The position numbers and the translations under genes were made by a program. A DNA stretch of 64,000 nucleotides from a virus, in IMG/VR virus record IMGVR_UViG_3300032246_002821, positions 32,001-96,000 of that record; one strand, 5' to 3'. Every line of letters begins with the position of its first letter. Position 1 is the first letter of the stretch. The notes beneath the pieces are model-generated. The model made no database searches. It saw only the letters and a list, made by a program, of their open reading frames with translations, and had not been told where the DNA came from. Positions 1 to 7,547 of this stretch are shown here, piece by piece.

Positions 1-58
1 TTATGTTTGGTCTTGGTAGCAGTGTCTGTGCTCATCTTATCCATCACTATTATTTAAC

Positions 59-82
59 ACAGCGGGCAAAATTACCCGCTGT
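59..82 (-). terminator. Hairpin downstream of hsp20, possible intrinsic terminator
   Basis: Inverted repeat acagcggg-caaaatta-cccgctgt just after the hsp20 stop; the U-tract is weak. Confidence 0.45.
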
Positions 83-99
83 GATATTACTATAACACA

Positions 100-528
100 T
101 TAATTGATATATGCAATAGATATTTTTTGTGGTTTGTCTTCTTCAGGAATATGCTGTTCCAATTCGATAGTAAGCATACCATTCTTTACTGTGGCACTCT
201 TTACTTCCACGTTGTCGGCCAGTTGCCAGCTGCGTTCGAACTTGCGGGTGGCGATGCCACGGTACAGGAAATTGCTTTCACTGGGTGTCTTGATCTCACC
301 TGTGACAGTCAGCAATCCCTTGTGCAAGGTCACATCCAGATCTTCCTGTGTGAAGCCGGCCACTGCCACTTCTATACTGAAGATGTTTTCTTCGTTCTGG
401 ATGATGTTGTAGGGAGGATAACCTGTGCTGTTTGTTACACTGGTAGTGGTGTGTAGGCGATTAAAGATGTCATCGAAACCTACGCTAACTCTGTGGAAGT
501 CGTGAAGTTGCTGTAATAGATTAGTCAT
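100..528 (-). CDS. Small heat-shock protein, Hsp20/IbpA family
   Basis: GFDDIF, YPPYNI, EVAVAGF, FLYRGIATRKFERSWQL, NGMLTI motifs of alpha-crystallin-domain proteins. Confidence 0.95.
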   Translation of the reverse strand: MTNLLQQLHDFHRVSVGFDDIFNRLHTTTSVTNSTGYPPYNIIQNEENIFSIEVAVAGFTQEDLDVTLHKGLLTVTGEIKTPSESNFLYRGIATRKFERSWQLADNVEVKSATVKNGMLTIELEQHIPEEDKPQKISIAYIN

Positions 529-607
529 TGCTTGTTTCTCCTTTGTTAAGCAAGAATATCAGACGGCCCATAAAGGCACCGTCCAACATTATATATGCAT
601 TCAGGTA

Positions 608-850
608 TTAAAGTGCAATACCTGCCGTACGCATTTCTTTTAATTTTTTCTGCCAACGCTTCTGGGCACGTGCTTTGGCCTTCTTGCGCTTCTGGCTGGG
701 TGTCTCGAAACGCTCGCGTTCGCGCAACGTCTGGAAGATACCATCGGATTGGATCTGTTTCTTCAATTTACGCAGGGCTTTGTTGACGTCGTTGTTGTGG
801 ACTTCCACGAACAGGCCCTTCTGTTTTAGATCGGTTACTTCAAAGCTCAT
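608..850 (-). CDS. rpsU: Ribosomal protein bS21
   Basis: VEVHNNDVNKALRKLKKQ..GIFQTLRERERFETPSQKRKK is the bS21 signature; start moved to MSFEV (ATG 850) behind GAGGG. Confidence 0.9.
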   Translation of the reverse strand: MSFEVTDLKQKGLFVEVHNNDVNKALRKLKKQIQSDGIFQTLRERERFETPSQKRKKAKARAQKRWQKKLKEMRTAGIAL

Positions 851-1238
851 TTTTTCCCTCTTGGTGCTTCTGGTAATTAGCATATCTTTCGGCCAGCCAA
901 GAATAAAGATCGAATGTCTGTCTGTGCGTGGCTTTGCCTATGGCATTGTCTCCCCAGGCCCACACATTATCTTGTGCCAGCAGATAGCCTTTCAGTATTT
1001 CTTTATTGCCCTGAAAGCGGCAATTTATCAAGCAGGCAGTGGCGTGTTTGGCTGCATTGATGCACCAGACATCGTCGGTCTCTTTGCTGCCATACAAGAA
1101 AACGGTCACGGGTTCAGGCATGGTTTTCACTATCTGACTGAAACGTTCCACATCCGACCATTCGCAATCCACTAGTAATATCTTGAAACGATTGCTCAGG
1201 TCCATATCAGGTACGGTTACTATCCTGCTTTCATCCAT
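840..1238 (-). CDS. Hypothetical protein
   Basis: 132-aa ORF overlapping both neighbours in an operon-like arrangement. Confidence 0.7.
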   Translation of the reverse strand: MDESRIVTVPDMDLSNRFKILLVDCEWSDVERFSQIVKTMPEPVTVFLYGSKETDDVWCINAAKHATACLINCRFQGNKEILKGYLLAQDNVWAWGDNAIGKATHRQTFDLYSWLAERYANYQKHQEGKNEL

Positions 1239-2670
1239 TTGCCAGCTTTTCTTCTATGGCCACTTGTTCCGTGACAGTCAGTTCGTCCAGTTCGATCTCG
1301 CCTCGACCCAGCCTGCCTATCTGCCAGTGCTGCCAGTGTTCATCGTCAGTGTAACTGGTATTGGTGGCTTTGTCAACTTGGATCCAATTGGTGCCATTGA
1401 ATTTGTACAGCAGATCTGGTTTGCCGGTGTTGATGAACAACTGGCCTATCTCACCCGTATCTGGGAATTCGGGGCCCAGTATGCTGCTGTGAGCATTGGC
1501 TGTGAAATCTTCTGCGTCTGCCCCTGCGGCCTGTTCCTTGGCGATGTCTTGCACTGCTTGCAACTGTGATTGCAGATGATTGATAGTGTGTTGTTTGCTT
1601 TCATTCTCTGCCAGCATATGATCCAGTGCTGTGGTCAACTTACTGATGGTGGCATAGTCCGTGTTATCCACCACAGGTGGCTGAGCTTCCAACTTAACGA
1701 TGGCTTCTGCTAATTCTTCTTCCAGTCGCTGTATCTCTGAGTCATCTTTTATCAGCACTTCGCGTATGACTTCCACAGGCACCTGGACTTCTCGGATCAC
1801 CTCCACAGGCACTTCGACTATCTTTTGGATCACTTCAGGATCCTGATGCACTTCTGCTTCTGCCTGCGCTTGCTGTTCAGCTTGATCTTCTTTGCGACGG
1901 TTCATGACCATTGTCACACCCAATACCATCGCCACTGCCAGTGGATCGAATACAGCCACGATGACGATGATCACCCAACGAACCGCTCGTTCCATCATAT
2001 CTTTGTTGGCATTGTCGTCGTATATCAGCTGTGCGATATACTTGATGGGACCAACTTCGGCTTCCATTTTCAGTTGTTCTTGGTTCAGCTTGAGCTTTTG
2101 TCTGCTGAGTTCTGTGATGCGATTGTTACTGGCATCTATGCTGGCATTGAGGCTGTCGCGCTCTTTCTTCTGGCTGTCACGTAATTTGGTAGCTTGTGTT
2201 GCCATAGCCGCAGTGCGGTTGTTGTCACGATCAGCATTAGCCCCTGATCCTTTGAGCAGGCTGCCGACCGCATCGTCCATCTGTGCCATGACTTTTCGGG
2301 CATCGTCGATGCGTCTTTGTTCTATGGCAATGTTCTGGTCCACTTGTTGCACCAGTAGATCCCCGCCCCCAGCCTGGCTGGTCACCTCGATGTGAGCACG
2401 GCTCAGGAACCCGAAAATACCCATACTGGTGATGAACATCAGCACTATCACCGCCAAGCTCATGTAGCTTTTGAGCAGCCATTTCAGATGACCCCAATAG
2501 GTGTGTAGCCACACCGTGGTGACTATCTTGCCCACTTCCAACACACTTCCCATGATAACGATGGGCCAGAACACACCGCTGAATATGGCAGTGAGACCGT
2601 AAATGCTGTAGTATGCTGCCACTCCGCTGATGCTGAGCGCAGTCAATAGCGCGATATAATTTAAAAACAT
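1231..2670 (-). CDS. Multi-pass membrane protein with long coiled coil
   Basis: About three N-terminal hydrophobic helices, a coiled-coil segment, a further TM (WVIIVIVAVFDPLAVAMVLGV) and VEVPVEVIREV repeats. Confidence 0.75.
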   Translation of the reverse strand: MFLNYIALLTALSISGVAAYYSIYGLTAIFSGVFWPIVIMGSVLEVGKIVTTVWLHTYWGHLKWLLKSYMSLAVIVLMFITSMGIFGFLSRAHIEVTSQAGGGDLLVQQVDQNIAIEQRRIDDARKVMAQMDDAVGSLLKGSGANADRDNNRTAAMATQATKLRDSQKKERDSLNASIDASNNRITELSRQKLKLNQEQLKMEAEVGPIKYIAQLIYDDNANKDMMERAVRWVIIVIVAVFDPLAVAMVLGVTMVMNRRKEDQAEQQAQAEAEVHQDPEVIQKIVEVPVEVIREVQVPVEVIREVLIKDDSEIQRLEEELAEAIVKLEAQPPVVDNTDYATISKLTTALDHMLAENESKQHTINHLQSQLQAVQDIAKEQAAGADAEDFTANAHSSILGPEFPDTGEIGQLFINTGKPDLLYKFNGTNWIQVDKATNTSYTDDEHWQHWQIGRLGRGEIELDELTVTEQVAIEEKLANG

Positions 2671-2673
2671 AAA

Positions 2674-3693
2674 TTATTTACCTGTTGTATCAAAGAATTT
2701 ACTGATGCTTTCTGGCATCTGTTGTCCACGACTTCGTTCCAGACTTGTCATATAATCCCAGAATAACACACGGTTCTGCAGATTGCAATCTAATAGTGGC
2801 AGTGACAACCGCTCACGTTCTGCAGGCAGCAACACATTGAGTTGTAAAAATTCCGGATCAGTGAGAGTGAATCTCTCCTGTGTGATGCCCAGATCTGTGA
2901 GATAATCAGCCAGTTGAGCCTGTCCCAGGATGCTGACTGCGTGTAGCACAGTATGCACACTGAGTCTGTTTGTGCATATAGATTGGAATTGTCGTAAATT
3001 ATCAGTTATCCTGTGCCAGCTGGCATTCCATCTGGTCCATTCGTAGCTGTCTGCGAAACCATCTATGCTGGCATTGATCCTCACGGCAGGATGCTCTATG
3101 AATTTTTTGGTTTTCCTGGTATTGTAGGTAAGATTGGTACTCAGGTTCATTGTGTCTATCTGATGATCCAGCAATAGCTGCTGCAACCACTCCACGATAT
3201 CATCATCATACAGTGGCTCGCCCCCCTGGATGTTGATGTTCAGGGGCATATCTATGGTATGGATGAAGCGTTGTATGCGCTCGCGTTGGCTGATGTGTAT
3301 GCTGAAACTTTTTAGTTTCTTTATCTTGTAGTAGCTTTTAAGATGTTCAGGCAGCTGGCTGATATCCTCACTCAACAGGCTGCTATATTCGGGCCTGCAC
3401 ATCAGGCACCTGAGATTGCACTGGTTGCCCACGTTTATGGTCAGGCTGTAATGGTTGGGTGTCTGGCTCAGGCCCAGCCTGGTGCTGATATCCCCTGCTG
3501 CTTCCGTGTGATGGCAGATGTCACAAAAATCGAATCCCGTGTAATTTTGCTGTTGCACATAGTGCATACGCTGCCGGCTGTCGACAAACGTCTGATCTGG
3601 TCTATCTTGTTGTACAGGATCATTGCAGCAAAGACCTATCTTGCCCACAGGATCGAATTTGGCCACCAGCCCTTTAAACGCCAGGCACTTCAT
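2674..3693 (-). CDS. Radical SAM protein with N-terminal extra Cys cluster (Twitch/SPASM-like)
   Basis: CNLRCLMC CxxxCxxC motif, GGEP motif, N-terminal CC and CDIC. Confidence 0.85.
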   Translation of the reverse strand: MKCLAFKGLVAKFDPVGKIGLCCNDPVQQDRPDQTFVDSRQRMHYVQQQNYTGFDFCDICHHTEAAGDISTRLGLSQTPNHYSLTINVGNQCNLRCLMCRPEYSSLLSEDISQLPEHLKSYYKIKKLKSFSIHISQRERIQRFIHTIDMPLNINIQGGEPLYDDDIVEWLQQLLLDHQIDTMNLSTNLTYNTRKTKKFIEHPAVRINASIDGFADSYEWTRWNASWHRITDNLRQFQSICTNRLSVHTVLHAVSILGQAQLADYLTDLGITQERFTLTDPEFLQLNVLLPAERERLSLPLLDCNLQNRVLFWDYMTSLERSRGQQMPESISKFFDTTGK

Positions 3694-4042
3694 TATCTGC
3701 TACCACTATCCATCCTATACTTAATAGATCTGCTTTTATCTCGTCAATAACCGTGCCTTCGCCTGCCCTGGTGTTGTTATATTCATCAATCCCCATACCT
3801 GCACAATAGAATTCCAGATAATCTTCAGAGGCCATATTGTTGAATAACCTGCTTGCTATGCCTCCAGCATAACGCCAGCTGCAACTCCATCGTTCATCAG
3901 CCAACACGGGTTCCACCGCCAGTTTCTGGAATTCATTATTGCATAATGCAGCATAGAGGTTATGACAATACAAGTCATTACCAGCAGCTTTTTCCCTAAT
4001 ATATTTGCTATCGTACAGTTCACGTTCCAGATTATTGTTCAT
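3674..4042 (-). CDS. Hypothetical phage protein
   Basis: ATG overlaps the upstream TGA (ATGA) behind GAGGTGG; NLYAALCNNEF and WSCSWRYAGG segments. Confidence 0.75.
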   Translation of the reverse strand: MNNNLERELYDSKYIREKAAGNDLYCHNLYAALCNNEFQKLAVEPVLADERWSCSWRYAGGIASRLFNNMASEDYLEFYCAGMGIDEYNNTRAGEGTVIDEIKADLLSIGWIVVADNEVPGV

Positions 4043-4290
4043 GACCACCTCAATACAAATAATGTCAGATCTTCCTCGCTGTCAAAAGCTATTATACCCT
4101 GCCCTATCCAGCTGACCCGCATACCCTGCTCTACCGACTGATCAAGGATCAGTCTCATCTCGTCAAGGAGGGCGTTGCGTTCAGGTTCCATAGCCTGCGT
4201 GAAGCTCTTGGGCGCAGGGTTACGACAGCGTATGCCGCGCAACCACAGTGGATTGCCGTCCACAGTCGCCCATCGTATACGACGAGTCAC
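4039..4290 (-). CDS. Small protein, C-terminal F..EED...F.LRW family
   Basis: Ends FDSEEDLTLFVLRWS; GTG start overlaps the upstream stop (GTGA) behind GAGGTGG. Confidence 0.7.
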   Translation of the reverse strand: MTRRIRWATVDGNPLWLRGIRCRNPAPKSFTQAMEPERNALLDEMRLILDQSVEQGMRVSWIGQGIIAFDSEEDLTLFVLRWS

Positions 4291-4526
4291 AACCACCTCA
4301 TTACAAACAGCGTGGCATCTTCCTTGTGCTTGAACATCAGTATAGGCATAGGGCTCATTGTTGCGTGATCTAATATATAGGCCCATTGTATCTGCATTAG
4401 TCGCAGCCATTGGGTCACATCTTCATCGCCGATATATAATAACTCTGAGAAAGTCTCTGGACAACGACGTCTCTGAGGCAACAGATGTCGTATGTCCACC
4501 GGTGTCCAACCGTCCCAATCATTCAT
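4287..4526 (-). CDS. Small protein, C-terminal F..EED...F.LRW family
   Basis: Ends FKHKEDATLFVMRWL; ATGA overlap at the start. Confidence 0.7.
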   Translation of the reverse strand: MNDWDGWTPVDIRHLLPQRRRCPETFSELLYIGDEDVTQWLRLMQIQWAYILDHATMSPMPILMFKHKEDATLFVMRWL

Positions 4527-4744
4527 GACCATCTCAGTATGAATCTCACGGCATCTTCTTCTGTGGCGAATACGATGTCGTTTCTAACGATGCGAGCATT
4601 GTATTCTTTATTCAATATCTCATTGCCATACAGATACTGATCGTCAGACTCCACGAAGTTTTTCCACACTTGTGCATAGTCGCGGGCATACGTTACCCCA
4701 TCTGGATTGATACCCCATTCTATGAAACAGATACGAACAGTCAT
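4523..4744 (-). CDS. Small protein, C-terminal F..EED...F.LRW family
   Basis: Ends FATEEDAVRFILRWS; ATGA overlap at the start. Confidence 0.75.
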   Translation of the reverse strand: MTVRICFIEWGINPDGVTYARDYAQVWKNFVESDDQYLYGNEILNKEYNARIVRNDIVFATEEDAVRFILRWS

Positions 4745-4974
4745 GAATACCTCATTACGAATGACATATACGACATTTCATCGAAGAAGTCAAGATATAT
4801 CCTGTCACGGGGATATTCAGCTGAGTTATCAAATCCAAAGCGTCTGACACAGCCCAATTCTTTTTGCATACGCCAGCTGAGGAATATGCTGATGCCATGT
4901 TCAGCAATCAAGTCCTGCCTTATGGGTTGCCATTCCTGTTCTGTCATCTCTACCATGAGGAATTTGAACTTCAA
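4741..4974 (-). CDS. Small protein, divergent LRW-family member
   Basis: Ends FFDEMSYMSFVMRYS; TTG start overlaps the upstream TGA behind GAGGTGG. Confidence 0.65.
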   Translation of the reverse strand: MKFKFLMVEMTEQEWQPIRQDLIAEHGISIFLSWRMQKELGCVRRFGFDNSAEYPRDRIYLDFFDEMSYMSFVMRYS

Positions 4975-5282
4975 ATTTGCCACCTCAATGAATAAGCAGT
5001 CGCGGCTTCCTTGGACAACATAACAAACATTTTTACAACATATTCTTCGCAATTGATGTCCAGATAATTTTTTAGGAATATCTCATATTCCCAACCCTGA
5101 TCCTCTATCCAGCTGATGCGTTCCAGATTTTCTATCTTGTTCCATTCCTCGCGAAGATCTGTGAGAGGAGTGTCAGACTCACGTTTGATGATGAAACTAT
5201 CCAGCTGCAAAGCAGCATGAGTCTCAGGCACAGGTCCTGTCCTGTCCTGAGCATTCAGCAGATTTTGGAAATTGTTAGCCAT
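4971..5282 (-). CDS. Small protein, divergent LRW-family member
   Basis: Ends LSKEAATAYSLRWQI; ATG overlaps the upstream stop (TGATG) behind AGGTGG. Confidence 0.65.
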   Translation of the reverse strand: MANNFQNLLNAQDRTGPVPETHAALQLDSFIIKRESDTPLTDLREEWNKIENLERISWIEDQGWEYEIFLKNYLDINCEEYVVKMFVMLSKEAATAYSLRWQI

Positions 5283-5581
5283 CACCCACCTGCAAACGCC
5301 ATAGTGATCAGTGCAAGTTCTAGGTCGTCTCTTACATATATACGCATTTTGCCGTATTCGCTCTCCCAGCACCAGACGTTGGGCAAGTTTCTCCTCAGAT
5401 GTAATTCACAAGCTGGCCCCCATTGCTGCCAACACCAGACACGCATATCACTGAATAGCTCTGCTTTGGTGTTATTTGCTTGGGCAGTGAACTTGATGAA
5501 AGGCTCTACCATGAATTTGAAATTTTCGCAGCCGTTGTACCTGCGGTCTAGTTTAGTAACCTTGTAATTACCTATCTGCAT
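5282..5581 (-). CDS. Hypothetical phage protein
   Basis: Start MQIGN behind GAGG; Trp-rich WCWQQWGP..WCWESE. Confidence 0.7.
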   Translation of the reverse strand: MQIGNYKVTKLDRRYNGCENFKFMVEPFIKFTAQANNTKAELFSDMRVWCWQQWGPACELHLRRNLPNVWCWESEYGKMRIYVRDDLELALITMAFAGG

Positions 5582-5915
5582 ACCATACTTCCTCGATGCT
5601 AAATCCACCATAATAGCCGTTGTGCTCGTTGTGGTTTACCAGTGTGATGAAACCTGAGTCAGTCTGGATTTCCAAGAACTGTGTGTCGTGTACATCATAA
5701 CCATTTTCGTCGCTCACATCAGGACCGTCCTTGACTTCGTAGCACATGAATCTGCTACCAATCAGCTGTCGCACATCATCGTCTGTGCTCATGTAACGAT
5801 TTTCGCAGCAGCACTGACCGTTGTCACGCAATGTCAACTTGCCAAAGTCAAACTTCAAGGTGATGCTGTCTTCATCTACCTCTGCATCACGGATGATCAT
5901 ACCTTTAAGCTGCAT
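5568..5915 (-). CDS. Hypothetical phage protein (CCE.RY / NEHNGYYGGF motifs)
   Basis: ORF coupled to the upstream gene; acidic, with QCCCENRY and HNEHNGYYGGF. Confidence 0.7.
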   Translation of the reverse strand: MQLKGMIIRDAEVDEDSITLKFDFGKLTLRDNGQCCCENRYMSTDDDVRQLIGSRFMCYEVKDGPDVSDENGYDVHDTQFLEIQTDSGFITLVNHNEHNGYYGGFSIEEVWYADR

Positions 5916-6270
5916 TTTCCAAAACCTGTCTGATATGTTTGCAGTCCCGGCGGAAGCCATAACCTGGGCAAGTGCAGGAGCGTTGTTTGCCGTCTATGGT
6001 CACACTGTAGGTGCTGCCTTTGCTGCCTGTGACGATGTGTACACGCTGGCTCACGGCAATGGGTGGCACGGTGTAATCTTCACTGCACTCTTCGATCCAT
6101 TCCGCTGGAATGATGTGCAGGCCCTTGTGGTCCACAATGCACACTGCACCAGGCTCAGCCCACTTGGGAGCAGGCACACGCTCTCCGCGGTACTCATGAA
6201 ACTCACGCACCACCCCACGAGCATATAGATGACGCTTGGGCCACTTGGGATCACGAACCTTGACGTACAT
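5905..6270 (-). CDS. SWIM zinc-finger protein
   Basis: C-terminal YSVTIDG..SCTCPGYGFRRDCKHI (CxC...CxH); start MYVKV behind AAGGAG. Confidence 0.8.
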   Translation of the reverse strand: MYVKVRDPKWPKRHLYARGVVREFHEYRGERVPAPKWAEPGAVCIVDHKGLHIIPAEWIEECSEDYTVPPIAVSQRVHIVTGSKGSTYSVTIDGKQRSCTCPGYGFRRDCKHIRQVLENAA

Positions 6271-6391
6271 CTGTATGCTCCTTGTTAACTCGTTTGCGGT
6301 TGTAGCTGCCAGCACCCTTGCGAGCAACGACGATGCGCTGGCGATACTTGCGATCCGCCAATGCTTTTGCCTGTATGCTACGCTGTTTCAT
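6251..6391 (-). CDS. arfA: ArfA-like alternative ribosome-rescue factor (46 aa, absent from the ORF track)
   Basis: Manual translation MKQRSIQAKALADRKYRQRIVVARKGAGSYNRKRVNKEHTDVRQGS* aligns without gaps to the E. coli ArfA core [23 protein letters not shown]; AGGAG RBS and a sigma70-type promoter directly upstream. Confidence 0.8.
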   Translation of the reverse strand: MKQRSIQAKALADRKYRQRIVVARKGAGSYNRKRVNKEHTDVRQGS

Positions 6392-6417
6392 CACTCGCTC
6401 CTGGGCTCTATATATTC

Positions 6418-6445
6418 AATATAGCACACAAAGACCATCTGTCAA
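6418..6445 (-). promoter_or_regulatory. Sigma70-type promoter TTGACA-N16-TATATT for the arfA-like gene
   Basis: Read directly; has TGn extended -10. Confidence 0.75.
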
Positions 6446-6460
6446 CCACAAAAAGAAAGA

Positions 6461-6486
6461 TCTCCCGCAGATCAATCTGCGGGAGA
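6461..6486 (-). terminator. Intrinsic terminator
   Basis: tctcccgcag-atcaat-ctgcgggaga 10-bp stem followed on the minus strand by a T-rich tract. Confidence 0.8.
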
Positions 6487-6505
6487 CCACAATCATCAAG
6501 CTGTA

Positions 6506-6784
6506 TCAAGCAGCCTGTTCGACCTTCTGGGCAACTGCTTCAGCAGTGACCTGGGCCCGGGTATTCTGCGACAAGAACTTCTCGCGCATCGTGGCCTGCT
6601 TGGTTGCATTACCGATGTAAACTGCGGCATCTTGCTTGGTCATTGGCTGCGGCAACACCTGGATGTCGATGTCAGTCTTGCCTTCACGAGCCAAGATCTT
6701 GGCATAATCGGCGCGGTTGGTGGCGCGGAAAACAACAGAACCATCGGTTTCACGAGCAGTACCAGCGTATGTAAAAGTCTTCAT
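6506..6784 (-). CDS. Hypothetical early protein
   Basis: 92-aa ORF with GGAG RBS, bracketed by its own promoter and terminator. Confidence 0.75.
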   Translation of the reverse strand: MKTFTYAGTARETDGSVVFRATNRADYAKILAREGKTDIDIQVLPQPMTKQDAAVYIGNATKQATMREKFLSQNTRAQVTAEAVAQKVEQAA

Positions 6785-6837
6785 TGTAGATCTCCGTAGA
6801 GTTGAGGGTTAAAAGTTCAAGTCCAAATTACATTATC

Positions 6838-6865
6838 ATATTAACACGGTCTAAGACCGTGTCAA
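6838..6865 (-). promoter_or_regulatory. Sigma70-type promoter TTGACA-N16-TAATAT with a palindromic spacer
   Basis: Spacer region holds the perfect inverted repeat acacggtc-taa-gaccgtgt. Confidence 0.7.
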
Positions 6866-6874
6866 CACTTTTTT

Positions 6875-7222
6875 TCAGTCCAAACGGCTGGCGGCATAAG
6901 CCTTGAAGCCGTATTTCTTCAGCACTGCGGCAGCAGCCACAGCACCAGCTTCCTTGCAGTCGATGCTCTGTCCGGGCCACTTGGCTGGGTCCCAGATCTG
7001 ATAAGCAGGACCACCAAAGCCAGGCCTAAAACCCATCTCCTTGAGCTGGGCCCGTTCAGCCTTGCCCAATTTGGTATTGCCCTTGTTTGCTGGGTAAACT
7101 TCCACCCAGGCAAAGCCACATGCACCACCATCACGACCTTCATAACGCTCGTCTGCCCGTTGTTTGGCAGCGTATTGAGCGGCAATGGTCATTTCAGTAA
7201 CAACAGCTTGCGTATTCAACAT
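6875..7222 (-). CDS. Hypothetical phage protein (CGFAWV ... KEAGA ... SRLD)
   Basis: ORF with GGAG RBS downstream of the promoter at 7251-7278. Confidence 0.75.
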   Translation of the reverse strand: MLNTQAVVTEMTIAAQYAAKQRADERYEGRDGGACGFAWVEVYPANKGNTKLGKAERAQLKEMGFRPGFGGPAYQIWDPAKWPGQSIDCKEAGAVAAAAVLKKYGFKAYAASRLD

Positions 7223-7250
7223 GTGCATCTCCATCATCAACTTATAACTC

Positions 7251-7278
7251 AATATAACACGGCTTTATCAGGTGTCAA
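7251..7278 (-). promoter_or_regulatory. Sigma70-type promoter TTGACA-N16-TATATT
   Basis: Read directly. Confidence 0.75.
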
Positions 7279-7409
7279 CCATTAATTTGCTGAACGGTGC
7301 ATTTATTTCCAGTAACTTCTTCGTAGAACATCACTTCTTCCATCAGGTTACCCAGATCAGCGTTGCGGCAAATTTCACGACCATTGTGGTTGTATGCTAC
7401 CCAAATCAT
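7275..7409 (-). CDS. Small hypothetical protein (44 aa, absent from the ORF track)
   Basis: MIWVAYNHNGREICRNADLGNLMEEVMFYEEVTGNKCTVQQING*; AGGAG RBS, promoter 30 nt upstream. Confidence 0.65.
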   Translation of the reverse strand: MIWVAYNHNGREICRNADLGNLMEEVMFYEEVTGNKCTVQQING

Positions 7410-7439
7410 AGTGTGCTCCTTTGCTTCAACTTATACCCC

Positions 7440-7467
7440 AATATAGCACGTGATCTGATGGTGTCAA
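7440..7467 (-). promoter_or_regulatory. Sigma70-type promoter TTGACA-N16-TATATT
   Basis: Read directly. Confidence 0.75.
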
Positions 7468-7547
7468 CCACTATTTTCCAGAAAAATTCTCCAATGATTT
7501 CAAGGCAGAAAAATCCCCTGTATCAGTTAAAATACAGGGGAAATTTA

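Noticed and set aside
1-44. Partial minus-strand ORF starting M(DKM)STDTATKTKH, possibly a ClpS-like adaptor next to hsp20
   Set aside because: Only about 14 codons are in the window; the resemblance is contextual and cannot be supported
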